64,000 nucleotides of DNA from Macrostomum lignano (GCA_002269645.1 NIVC01000035.1:248001-312000); one strand, 5' to 3'; positions 1-30,386 are shown, numbered from the stretch's first letter. Notes: generated by a model not told the origin, from the sequence alone. A program made the numbers and translations.

Positions 1-113
1 ACTACTATAAACCCTTATAGTTTTATATGCAAGTGAATTTAGACAATTGTTACTCGCATTTATGCATGTGCTGTTACATGTATGCAGAGTAAGCTAGGAG
101 AAGAATGGTTAAT

Positions 114-1560
114 GTCAAGTTCACCGTGAACTTCTCACTCTTGATCGCAGGCCTTATTTAATCCAGTCAGCATCGCGAGAAGCCGCAGGCCAGATGCACA
201 GAAAGAAAAGCGCATTGAACGCGCTGGCGCCCAAATAGCTAGCAAAGCAGATTTTGTCTTTGTGTCGCACTAAAAAGGATAGAAAAACGGCCAAGCGTCG
301 GGCAATTATCGACCGTCGTTTCTCAGCGGACTCGGACTGCGTGCGATGAGCTGCCACTTGAGGAAAACGGAAAACTGCAACAAAGGTGAAGAAGATCAGT
401 ATAAGCATCTGGGTGATTAGGAATGTTCCAACCAGAGGAATGATGTTCATCGACTTGGGCGCGGATTGGGAAGCGATGAGGACGTACAGCGTCATAGACA
501 TGATGATGGCGATTGACACGTTAGCTCGGTCGCCTTGCTGCTCAGCGAAGAACATGATACTAGCCAGTAGCGACAACAGTTCGTACGGCACAATCATCAG
601 GATTGCGTAATACGTCACGCGACGTTGCAGAAAGAATCGCAAATTGACAAACTGGAACGTGGAGCTGTTATCTACAACCATGTACTTGACGCTGTGGGTG
701 AGTCCGGCCAAGTCCCACTCGCCTACACTAAAAAAAGCGCTGCTATCAGACGTACTGGCACTCATTCTGCTGGTCAGAGTAAAGCTAAAAACGCTGGATG
801 GCGAGTTGATAGCTCCGATTTCCAGTGTGCACACCTGTCGATCAAATGGAAATAAACGCATATCCAGAGAGCAAGGAAATTGGATCACTGTGTAAATGTA
901 GGTAAATACGGAACCATCCGGAGACGCGATTGTTTCGAGGAATTTCGAGTTGCGCAAATCGAACAACTCGACCGATTTAGCGTTCCAATAGCCGATGTCG
1001 GGTATTCACAGGCTGTTCCTGTCAAGTCGTATCTGATTCACGCCAGTCTCAGTAGCGTTCCAGGCTAGTCTTGGATCGCGCCACGACATCAGTACCCAGC
1101 CGGACCATTCTAGCAGTTCTTCATCACCTAGTCCGTAGACTGTCTTCACATCAATGTTCACATGTACGGTGGTGTTGTAACCACTGAGACTGGGTGGCTG
1201 CATAGACCGGCACTGGGACAGATACTGCGGGCCGACGCTCTGAGTCAGGGCTCTGCAGACGGGTCCGTCAGTGTTGGTTGACGGATCCAGGCAGTCTGAA
1301 GGCTGCAGCGTTAGAGCCAAGGCTAGAAACAGTAATTGCATGTGTTCTTGCATAACTATATATTACTCTAGACTTATTGCTTAATGATGGACAGTTGGAA
1401 TTTGTGAGCACTTGTCTGAGACAAGCTTTCTGCCTCACTAATTATAATACCAAGGGATATGGAGCAGTGGAGACAAGTTGCAAGCTTTTGATTGGCTAGC
1501 GGAGCTGCGTACGATAGAAGTCAATTATTAAGGGAATGCGAAATCCATGGCAGTTCGGCA
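114..1560. repeat. Tandem duplicated segment, copy 1 (partner about 4850-6290)
   Basis: Direct alignment at offset about 4736 from tcaagttcaccgtg through catggcagttcggcag. Weaker homology continues (about 1700-1990 vs about 7440-7790). Confidence 0.92.
154..1353 (-). pseudogene. Intronless atypical nAChR-like Cys-loop ion channel subunit, copy 1, with one in-frame premature stop (TGA at 1008-1006; TGG/Trp in copy 2)
   Basis: ORFs 1006..1353 and 154..966 lie in one frame spanning 1200 nt and are colinear with intact copy 2. Signal peptide, Cys-loop CSLDMRLFPFDRQVC and four TM segments are present. The only disruption is AGC CTG TGA ATA versus AGC CTG TGG ATA. Confidence 0.88.
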
Positions 1561-2409
1561 GACATAAGCTGAACATTTTAGAGGCAATCAGACACAGGCT
1601 TCTTGATATTACGAACTGATGCGATAAGTTACAATGCCCAAGTTTTATTAAAGCAGTGGAAACTGCACTGGTATCGAAGCTATGCTCAGTGAATTCAGCC
1701 AGATACTTTACCCAGTAAATATTTCAAGCAGGTTGAACAAACTCCGTCGAAGCAAGAGTACCAGCTTGAACCAGCTAAACAAACTACTTGAGAACCTCTT
1801 GTTTCATCTGTAGAAAAGCAAAAGCAATTTTTTTTGATTCGAGAAAACTTTCAGTCAGCAGCAGCGGTGACTTAGCTGTCGGTTTGGTAAGCAAAGGAGA
1901 TTAATAATTTACCGATATGGGACTGCAGAAAAGGAATAGGACTAGACAGCAACTGTTTACCTGCTAAAACACTTCACAGTGATGAAATGTTTGAAAAGTG
2001 GAATTGAACAAGTTTTGGACGCTTGCTAAAAGCTTTAACTTTGCCTTATTAAGGAACCCTTTATGATCAGGCATCGGACTTTGTTTCGGTATGACTTGGC
2101 ATTATAATGTACCTTTTGCAATTGAATTCGTCCAAACTGCAACACCTTTCGTACACTAATTGCTTTCTTAACGGGAGTTAAATTTAGATCAGGCCATAGA
2201 CAGCTGCACAAAACGTTTCATCCAGTTTACAAAACATTTCTTGCCAATCCCAGCGGAATTGATTCAAGAATGGAGACACTTTACCGGTATTTGATAGAAA
2301 GCAGCACAAAATAAACAGTGTCAATGTGAGAAAGTTAAAGCAAAATTTCACTATTTGATTTTTCCATTGATGGCACTTCTCTAGTGCAATCATGTGCTGT
2401 GCAGCTTCT

Positions 2410-2860
2410 TCAAGCTCACTCTTCAATATCTGCATTCGCCAGGTATGCAAAGTCAGGTTCGCGACAGCGGCGGCTTGCCGTATAGAGTTCCTGTTGAACT
2501 GCTGGAACTGATAGGGCCCTCTTCACTGCTGCCTTCAGAGAAGAAACTGCTCGATCACCCGGTTTGGTTGAGTCACGGAGAGTACGGTAGCAGTTGAAAG
2601 GTGCTGTGCTCCAGTGATTCAAGTCCCCTCATAAAATATAACCACCTACTCAGCCTAGCAGAACGTCTAGCTACGCCAAGCAGAGTCAAGTTTTTTCCGC
2701 ACTGGCCGCATACTCGCACTGTTCTCATAGTTCGATTTGCACATCCTTGAGTTCTCGTCCTCCAAACTCTCGGCCCAAATTCATCTAGAAAGATCAGGTT
2801 TCCACCGTGTCCTTCGTTAATCATACTCTGTGTAAACTCATATCTCGCCGCCTTCACAAC
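2410..2860 (-). mobile_element. Decayed Tc1/mariner-IS630-type DDE transposase fragment
   Basis: Minus-strand translation gives LIFLDEFG..WRTRTQG..GQCGKNLTLL, then LPYSP*LN..IE..SSLKAAVKR across frameshifts and stops, matching the D(E)xG and YSPxLNPIE motifs of this superfamily. Confidence 0.75.
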
Positions 2861-4849
2861 CTGGGTAGCTCCGTATGTATAAACTTTTTAGTCCGCATTG
2901 AACAGGTGACAAACCAAATAAAAGAGCCATGCATTAATTGACTTGCTCTTAACTCATTTTATTTAATGAAATCTTTGAAGACTGCCACTGGTATTAAAAT
3001 ATTGGTTTCAAATGTGGCCTTGGTGCCGGAAAGAGTATTTGTAAGAGAGCAGTCCATCAGAGACGCGCTCCGTAACCTTCTCGAAACAAATTATACTAAT
3101 GCCCCAGTAGCATGCTGTACGTCTGTTCTTTTACCCCAAGTAGGATCCCAGAAAGGATTCGCCACCCTACTCAAGAGTCTCCTGCTAAAGCTGCTGCCCG
3201 TCCCGTCCAATCAGCATCGGGTGATCGCAGTTTCCTCAAACGTGAGACTTGTAGACAGCCACCGAATGAGTGTTGCGTCACCCAAAACCAACTTAATTTA
3301 TACATGCCCTCAAAAGTATTCTTATGCAGCCACCGAGAAGGTTTAATCAAATGTGGAGTCGGTGCAATTAGAGGCCAGAGGTGAAATCGCCTGCAAGCTC
3401 TGTGTGCTGCTACGATCAGAGGGGGATGTACAACATCCTGATTGGGTCCATAGGCCCCAACGTCTACGGGCACGGGAGCCCATACCCCTTTGAACAGCCA
3501 AAAATCATGTTGTCACACCAAATGCTGACTACTCTTAGGCTAGTAGGCTGAACTCCGCAGCCAATTAGATTCTCGCATTATTGCAGCCCTAGCAGAGAAT
3601 TCAGTGCTTCTGTGAGACCTGCAGGAAGCCTTGAGAAATCTACATAAAAATTGGCGCCTTGCTGGGCAAAAAATGAGCAGAGTCAAAAAGTAGAGCTGCA
3701 AAACTGTCTGCTAGCCTCAGGTCTCAGAGCTTTATTGGAGTATGGGAGAATGAAAATGGCAGAAAAAAAAGTAAAAGCACGAGTAGAGTCAATCAAAATG
3801 CTCGGCGGTCAAATAGTGGCAGTCAATTTGGGGTACTCAATCAATGTCGTGCTTTGCATGCACACACACACACACATACACGCACACACAGGCAGGTCCT
3901 TCAAGCTACGGTGCGACTCAAGCTAAAAGCTACGGTGCGACAGTACGGAGAGGCCGAACTCTAAAGGGGAAAGGCCAGAGATATGGGAGAAAAATCAGTA
4001 GAAAATAGATATAAAGTAATAAATCTTGACTTTGTAATACAAAAAATCAATTGCACAAACAGATGGTCCAAAAACTGGTCAAGCCAAAATATTCGGCACC
4101 ACAAGTGTGAAAATTTGATCGAAAAAAAGCTAAACCTAAAATTAAAGAAATGGAGAAGGGATGACGAAAGCCTGGGGAAGATGGGACAAGAGGGGAGAAA
4201 TAGATAAATTGTCAAAATCCTGGCGGCCACCAGAATGTCATCCTGTGCCATCCACATGTGCATATCCGCAGTGCAGATAAGTGGTACAGAATGGTGCAAA
4301 TATTAATTGTCCAAACATTGGAAAGCAAACCAATTAAATTAAACTCGGACAACATATACTCGCGTTAAGGAAAAAATTTGAATGAATATACAATCGATGC
4401 GACGAGGAACAAATACGCTTTTCTGAATGTTGACACTTCAAATTCGTATTTGCAGAGTGCTTTAGGTACATAGGAGGTACTTTATGCCAGTGCAAATATC
4501 AGATAGCTATTCCGTTGACTTCTTGTTAGCATGAAACAACTGAGACACCTCTACATGTAGAGAGTTTTTTGAAAATTAATTGCATTCCAAAGTCGAATCC
4601 ATCGAATGAATTCTGAGAAACGTAAGAGGGTTTTGCCACGGTACCGTAATATTTAGTTTTTAAAAATTACCATATTGTAACATCACTGGTTAATAGATCA
4701 GTTTTGACAATTTTATGGGTGGAGACACGTTACAAGGTAGAAGGGTGTTTAAAAAGGGCAATAAGAGACTCACTGAAGGGGTACAGAATAACAGGGTGCA
4801 GGGAGTCACTCACTGCAAAGGTAAACGATATAGTAGCTAAATTTTTAGT

Positions 4850-6290
4850 GTCAAGTTCACCGTGTACTTCTCACTCTTGATCGCGAGCCTTATTTAATCC
4901 AGTCAGCATCGCGAGAAGCCGCTGGCCAGATGCACAGAAAGAAAAGCGCATTGAACGCGCTGGCGCCCAAATAGCTAGCAAAGCAGATTTTGTCTTTGTG
5001 TCGCACTAAAAAGGACAGAAAAACGGCCAAGCGTCGGGCAATTATCGACCGTCGTTTCTCAGCGGACTCGGACTGCGTGCGATGAGCTGCCACATGAGGA
5101 AAACGGAAAACTGCAACAAAGGTGAAGAAGATCAGTATAAGCATCTGGGTGATTAGGAATGTTCCAACCAGAGGAATGATGTTCATCGACTTGGGCGCGG
5201 ATTGGGAAGCGATGAGGACGTACAGCGTCATAGACATGATGATGGCGATTGACACGTTAGCTCGGTCGCCCTGCTGCTCAGCGAAGAACATGATACTAGC
5301 CAGTAGCGACAACAGTTCGTACGGCACAATCATCAGGATTGCGTAATACGTCACGCGACGTTGTAGAAAGAATCGTAGATTGTAGAACTGAAACTCGGAG
5401 TTGGCAGCCCCAGCCATGTACTTGACGCTGTGGGTGAGTCCGGCCAAGTCCCACTCGCCTACACTAAAAAAAGCGCTGCTATCAGACGTACTGGCACTCA
5501 TTCTGCTGGTCAGAGTAAAGCTGAAAACGCTGGATGGCGAGTTAATAGATCCGATTTGTAGTGTGCACACCTGTCGATCAAATGGAAATAGACGCATATC
5601 CAGAGAGCAAGGAAACTGGGTCACTGTGTAAATGTAAGTAAATACGGAACCATCCGGAGACGCGATTGTTTCGAGGAATTTCGAGTTGCGCAAATCGAAA
5701 AACTCGACCGATTTAGCGTTCCAATAGCCGATGTCGGGTATCCACAGGCTGTTCCTGTCAAGTCGCATCTGATTCACGCCAGTCTCAGTAGCGTTCCAGG
5801 CTAGTCTTGGATCGCGCCACGACATCAGTACCCAGCCGGACCATTCTAGCAGTTCTTCATCGCCTAGTCCGTAGACTGTCTTCACATCGATGTTCACGTG
5901 TACGGTTGTGTTGTAACCACTGAGACTGGGTGGCTGCATAGACCGGCACTGGGACAGATACTGCGGGCCGACGCTCTGAGTCAGGGCTCTGCAGACGGGT
6001 CCGTCAGTGTTGGTTGACGGATCCAGGCAGTCTGAAGGCTGCAGCGTTAGAGCCAAGGCTAGAAACAGTAATTGCATGTGTTCTTGCATAACTATTACTC
6101 TGGACTTATTTCTTAATGATGGACAGTTGGAATTTGTGAGCACTTGTCTGAGTCAATCTTTCGGCCTCACTAAATACCAAGGGATATGGAGCAGTGGAGC
6201 CTAGTTGCACGCTTTTGATTGGCTAGCAGAACTGCATATGATAGAATTCGGTTATTAAGGGAAAGCGAAATACATGGCAGTTCGGCAGTT
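4850..6290. repeat. Tandem duplicated segment, copy 2 (partner 114-1560)
   Basis: Direct alignment with copy 1. Confidence 0.92.
4890..6089 (-). CDS. Intronless atypical nAChR-like Cys-loop ligand-gated ion channel subunit, copy 2 (399 aa from ATG 6089)
   Basis: Signal peptide MQEHMQLLFLALALTLQPSDC; SWRDPRLAW and WIPDIGYWN motifs; C-x13-C Cys loop with FPFD; GEW; M1-M4 with GDR before M2 and a short M3-M4 loop. No vicinal Cys in loop C and no loop-B Trp (GSINS). The ORF track start at 6143 is a GTG, so the first ATG is used. Confidence 0.93.
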   Translation of the reverse strand: MQEHMQLLFLALALTLQPSDCLDPSTNTDGPVCRALTQSVGPQYLSQCRSMQPPSLSGYNTTVHVNIDVKTVYGLGDEELLEWSGWVLMSWRDPRLAWNATETGVNQMRLDRNSLWIPDIGYWNAKSVEFFDLRNSKFLETIASPDGSVFTYIYTVTQFPCSLDMRLFPFDRQVCTLQIGSINSPSSVFSFTLTSRMSASTSDSSAFFSVGEWDLAGLTHSVKYMAGAANSEFQFYNLRFFLQRRVTYYAILMIVPYELLSLLASIMFFAEQQGDRANVSIAIIMSMTLYVLIASQSAPKSMNIIPLVGTFLITQMLILIFFTFVAVFRFPHVAAHRTQSESAEKRRSIIARRLAVFLSFLVRHKDKICFASYLGASAFNALFFLCIWPAASRDADWIK

Positions 6291-6429
6291 CGACAAAACT
6301 TGAGGTCTTTCGCCTCGGAAAAGCACAACAAAGCGCTGGTTTCGATGTAATACACACTGATGCAAAAACGTACAAAGCCCAACAACAGAAGAAAATTTCC
6401 TGATAGGTCTTAAAACAATATCAGCGTCA

Positions 6430-6950
6430 TAGGGCACTTTTTCGAGCTAGGGCGCAAACATAGGCCGCACTGCCGACAGAATCATGCATGTCCCAGCGGT
6501 AGGCAGCTGCAGGACTTCCTGCACTGGCTGTAGGCAGAACGACTCGGTGCGGCCTGTCAGCTGTAGACGCACCAGGCTCGCGCGACGATACAGTACCACG
6601 TAGGCAACTTCCTCATCGCCAATCTTGAAGACTGCGCATTGCAGGCCAGCGTGCGCGGCGTTAACTTGATGCTGGAACGATTCTCAACGCTGTAAAGCAG
6701 CACTACCTGGAACAACGCCGCCCTCTGACGCCATATAACGTAAGCCTCGTGGCTATCCCGCGGTGATGCCGCAGATCCTCGCGAACCAGACTGCCGAGAT
6801 AGACGAATTGCTGACGATCGAAGTCCTGTTGCCTATCCATCATCGCCTCCGCACAAAAATCGCAGCCTGCATGGAAGTCGTCCAGCACCCAGGGCACGGC
6901 GGTTTTCTGCGTGTCTTCACCAGGCCAGCACTCGTCGCAGCAGCAACCAA
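6430..6950 (-). mobile_element. Decayed non-LTR retrotransposon (RTE-like LINE) RT C-terminal fragment
   Basis: Across frameshifts: AGL..QKT, FVYLGSLV, VLLYSVE, AAHAGL..AVFKIG..LYRRA..RLQL..ESFCLQPVQEVL, which is the typical order of RT C-terminal motifs in RTE/L2-like LINEs. Confidence 0.72.
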
Positions 6951-7999
6951 ATTTTCAGTTTTTGCTGGTCTCTCTCGACGGTTGAGAAAAGTGTTGAAGT
7001 TTTTTAATATACGAGTATGAAAATTATAATCAGGATATACATGTACTGGGATATTGGTGCCTCCTGGATGACCTCAGCGAAGAGCCAAGACCTGCACCAT
7101 TGTGTTGCTTTGGGAGCAAAGCAACCCATTGCTTTGACAAGATCCGACAAAAACCCATTTGTCGGATCTAAATGCATTATGTCCTTTTGCAGCTAACTGA
7201 CTTTTTCTATGACCATATTCCCTCCAGTACTTTCATTCTCCTATCTATTCAATCCATGGCTAAACCTACCGCATTCCCCACTCAGACTATATAAGTCTTA
7301 AGCAGGCCCGCCCAAAAAAAATCAGTACCCGTATGTTTTCTTTCCAACATCAAATATACGACCTTGTAATCGGCTAGTTCATTTTCAAACAACACCGTTT
7401 TTTAATCTTAAATTACTATATTGCAATACGCGAAACTCGTGCTTACACAATGGACTAATAGTACCTAAACTTTACCCCGTGAATATTTCAAGAATTCTAA
7501 ACAGTCTGTCAATAATTAAAGGGAATCAGTGTGTACACGGGCACACGGGCACATAAGGAACAAGGTTAGCACGAGAGCCTTCTTCTGCCTTACCTATAGA
7601 AAAGCAAATGCAACTTTCAGATTCGAGAAAAACTTTCTGTCTGTCCACAGCAGCACTTTCTTTACCTATCGGCTTGGTAAGCTGAAGTCTAAGAGATGAA
7701 TAATTTACCGATATGTGACTTGCAGAAACAGAAATGGCCTTCCTCAAACCCACTCCACCAATGACGAAATGATGGAAATATGGTAGGAAACAAGTTTTTC
7801 TTTTTAGCTTTGGGGCAAAAAAGTGTCTTTGCCTTATTATAGGCACCTATGGTTTAGCAGACGACTCTATGAAGCTGTGACTTAGCATTAATTAGTACAT
7901 GTTTTTCGTCAGTACTCCAGACATTTGACATTTTGCAGTGGAGAGTAAGCTCAGGAAGAGTTTTGGGGCAGGTCAACATACGTGTATGAGTTTGATTGC

Positions 8000-8150
8000 C
8001 AGCCATTTGACCGCCGAAAGCTTGACTACTATCCATTTAACTTGGTTATGACTTGGTTAAGGTTCAGGATATGGTTTTAGGTTAGGGTTAGATTTAGGAT
8101 CAACAGTCAATTCGCGGCAGTCAAATTGGGGCAGCGAAATGTCGTGAACC
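8000..8150. mobile_element. Degenerate short inverted-repeat element with an internal ggttagggttag motif
   Basis: ccatttgaccgccgaaagcttgact (about 8003-8027) is an imperfect inverse of agtcaattcgcggcagtcaaattgg (about 8105-8129). Confidence 0.4.
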
Positions 8151-8967
8151 CGAGCAGTGTGTTGCTAATGTGCATGCTCAATATGAGCATCTATCAGATA
8201 TATGAGTGTGTATAGGAGTGCTAGCTCACTAGCTGAGAGCACCTCTCCTCTCCTTCTCTGTCAGCTGAATCGATTTCATTAATTTGGTTAGCAGCTACAA
8301 CACAGTGCTGAGCAAGAGAGTGAGTTTGCTGTATCCTTTGTTCGATCCCGTAAAACTAGTTTTACTAATTGGCATCAAGGTGAATAAGTCTGGCTACTGG
8401 TAAGTGCGAATGAAACACAATGCCAGAGACAACTCCTGTTTTGATCGATGCATGTACTGACGAAAAACTAAGTGTTGAACCTAATTAGAGGCAAATGTTA
8501 CACGTGTTGAAGGGCATTTTCCATGGGGGGTAAAGAAAAATGACACCCATTATATCATAAAAAGTGTCATAGTGCCCCATTTCCTAAGTACACGTTTAAC
8601 TTACTTTAGCCTGTAAAAATAAAAAAAATCATAAAAAAATATAACATTGTTTTGATTTTTTCCTATCCAAATATAAAAACAGAACAGTTTAATCATCAAA
8701 ACATCAAAAAACTGACAAAAAGATACATGCAAACCAAATATTTTAACAAAATATTTACCATGCTGTTTAAACTTATTAACTCTCGCACCTAATGCTACTT
8801 GCAGTAATAACAACAGTTTTAGGGAAGAAAAACATAGAGTAATTATTTTTTCAAAATACGCATTTTTTCTTATCATACAAAGTCCTAAAACTTTTAAATA
8901 AACAATAGATGGGAAAACTGTTTAATTAAAAACAATGTTGATGCCTAATTATTTAGAAGCCAAAAAC

Positions 8968-9330
8968 TCACTCCTCCCTCTTGCGAGCTGGTCCATACAC
9001 GGTTAGATAGTCATTGACTGAGCTGATGGTCTGCTGCAGGATGGCAGACACTGTGTCGGCGGTTTCTGGCGGCAGAGTGGGTCCCGACAGTATGCTGGCA
9101 GCGAACAGGTCCAGCGTAGACTCCAGCATGATTAGTTCGGAGCTGATCTCGTCTAGCATTGATCGGTACATGCTGAGTTTCAGAGCCGCATTCCTAGACT
9201 GACGAAGGCCAGATTCATCAGATTGCGGCGAAGCGACAACATCGAGTTTGGCCCGCTTGTTTGGTGCTGCCTTGTCTGCATCAGCATCCACATTGTCGTT
9301 TTCATTTGTTGAGGCACCTTGTCGTTTCAT
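8968..9330 (-). CDS. Orphan single-exon 120-aa protein with basic NLS-like motifs and a helical C-terminal half
   Basis: GC-richer open frame inside very AT-rich flanks; ATG in good context (atcacaATG); TATAAAA about 45 nt upstream; MKRQ..PNKRAK and terminal RKR. No recognisable family. Confidence 0.55.
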   Translation of the reverse strand: MKRQGASTNENDNVDADADKAAPNKRAKLDVVASPQSDESGLRQSRNAALKLSMYRSMLDEISSELIMLESTLDLFAASILSGPTLPPETADTVSAILQQTISSVNDYLTVYGPARKREE

Positions 9331-11488
9331 TGTGATTCTTGCTAGACTTTTAATGTAGAATTATTTTTATTTTTATAAAGCAGCTAGATGGGCTGAATTT
9401 CAAGTATCTGAAAAATAATTTACATGTGTGATGATTCTTTAACTAAAAGAGTTGATTTAAAAGACTCAATCTATTTTGTTCTATTTAAAAGAAATTCTGA
9501 TTTGCAAAAAAGTGCTATTATATAGTTTTTAATGTATATCCATTTAATGACTTAACAAAGCCATAAAGTCAGATAGCAAAATTAATAAAACTTTCCCATG
9601 TAAAAATGAGACTCTAATAATTAAAGTCAACCAAAATGTCTCAAAGAGCTTTTAATAGCTTTTAGCATTGATAGAATTTAAAAATTGTTTGAGTCAATAT
9701 TAAAACATTTATTGCAATATTTATACAGTTCAATTAAGTTTCATTACTTAATATTATTATATATTATTATTATATTATTATATAATTTTTTGAAATTTAT
9801 AGTACTAAGAAAATAATAAAAACTTAAATGTTGTGTTAATTTTCTTGCTTTAAATCAATGGAATTTATGTTAGATGAAGATGAATATTAAAACTAAGCAA
9901 AGCAAATACAGGGATTTAGCTATACCTGTAGTAGTGCTACAATTGTATTTTGATTATGTATGTCCAACATTATATATTATTCTTATTACATTTGGATATT
10001 ATCCCATATAAATTAGAAAATAAACAATGAAAAGATTTTGATAAAACTTTATTTTATGAACTGAGTCCTACAAGAGTTGATAGATCCAACCAAGAGATGA
10101 AATTGATCTTGTTAGACACAAATACACAACACAATATTAAATACACAAAGATATAATATAAGGCAAGCTACCAACAATTTTTTTTAATTCACAAATTCTA
10201 TTGTTTGTCTTAGTTTGTCTTAGTAATAAAGAACTAATCGGTTTGTCAAAATATTTCGCAAATTGCAACTCAGCTACACATAACGTGCCATCTGAGAGAC
10301 TGCTGTTTTGAAATCTGACTTGCTCAAAGTTTTTTTAACAGATTATGGTAGAAACCTTGTACATCATGTCATGCTTTTTGAATCTACGTATGTACTATAA
10401 AAATTTTAATAATCAAAGACGGAGAATGAAATTGCAATAGTTCTGTAATAGCCCTGTAATATAGTTTCAAAGTTTTGAAAGAGGAATACACGAAGGAGAG
10501 AAACGTAGGCTCCAACTCTGTCTATTGAAATTATCACTACGCAAGTTTTTGTCAAGCAGCGAAATTTTTGAAAAGCGATAATTTTATGAACCAATACTCG
10601 GTATAACAAATTCAAACTTTTTAATATTGCAAATTAGCACATGCCTATGTGTAATAAAATTCTATACATTTTTTATTTTTACAGAAACACTTTCACTGCT
10701 TTTAAACACAATATAAAACCAAATAAATGAGGCAATTTTTTATTTTGACTTGAAACTTCCTATATCCGATTTTTAATATCACGGTCTTGTGTGACACTAA
10801 GTTATTTATTTTGAAGAGTTAGCCAGAATATTCAAAACAATATTATGAAGTAAGCAAGGAAGTTATTAAATTCTTCTAACTTTTTTCATTATTGAGATTT
10901 CATCATTATTGAGACTATGTTGCTAGTGACTTTGTTACATTATATAGCGGTAGGCCAGTTTTTTTCTTTTTTGTAGCACTGCAAAATTTTTTAGATCTCT
11001 TTTCTTCTAAATAGTTCTATTTTAGTGAGAACTTTTATGTTAGAATAATTGATTGCTATTTAAGTGTAGTAGTTGAATACGAAGAATCTTGTGTAGTAGA
11101 ACTCATTATATGCTAGTCTAATAAATTGACTTAAAAAAGTATTTAACTTGATTTATGCCTATTTTTGTTTTAGCATATAGACGCTAGATTAGCTCTGACT
11201 TTACTACAAGTTAGCATAATATTGTTGCAAAGAACATATTGAACCTTTGTTCTGCAGAAAATACCACCAATAGTATGTTCCTATATTAAATCAGATTATT
11301 AACTTGCATATGTTGAACACATTCTATAACTTCTGATATTTAATTAAACATTTAGTTATGAACCTTTTATCATTAAATTTGTATCAGCCACCATTATAAC
11401 TTCTCGATTTTAATCAATTGTTCTCTTTCTCTACCACTAAGCTCATTGTTACATAACCTTATTTATGCTATAACCAGCAGTAAGAAAC

Positions 11489-30319
<18,831 letters not shown>

Positions 30320-30380
30320 GGAATCATTGACAAGTTTTAAATTTAAATACTTTCGCAAGCAAACATTCCGTGACATTTTA

Positions 30381-30386
30381 AATAAA
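30381..30386 (+). terminator. Probable polyadenylation signal of the Mcr-like gene
   Basis: AATAAA 62 nt after the stop codon. Confidence 0.6.

Noticed and set aside
2966-3473. Short ORFs between the receptor copies
   Set aside because: No motif recognised in any frame; possibly a TE remnant but unsupported.
4890-6143. Canonical nAChR alpha subunit, or a 417-aa product starting at 6143
   Set aside because: No vicinal Cys or loop-B Trp, so no gene symbol is assigned. Position 6143 is GTG and lies upstream of the signal-peptide ATG.
9400-11480. Mitochondrial insertion (NUMT) or alternative-code gene
   Set aside because: No recognisable mitochondrial gene motifs, and stops of all three types remain in the best frame.
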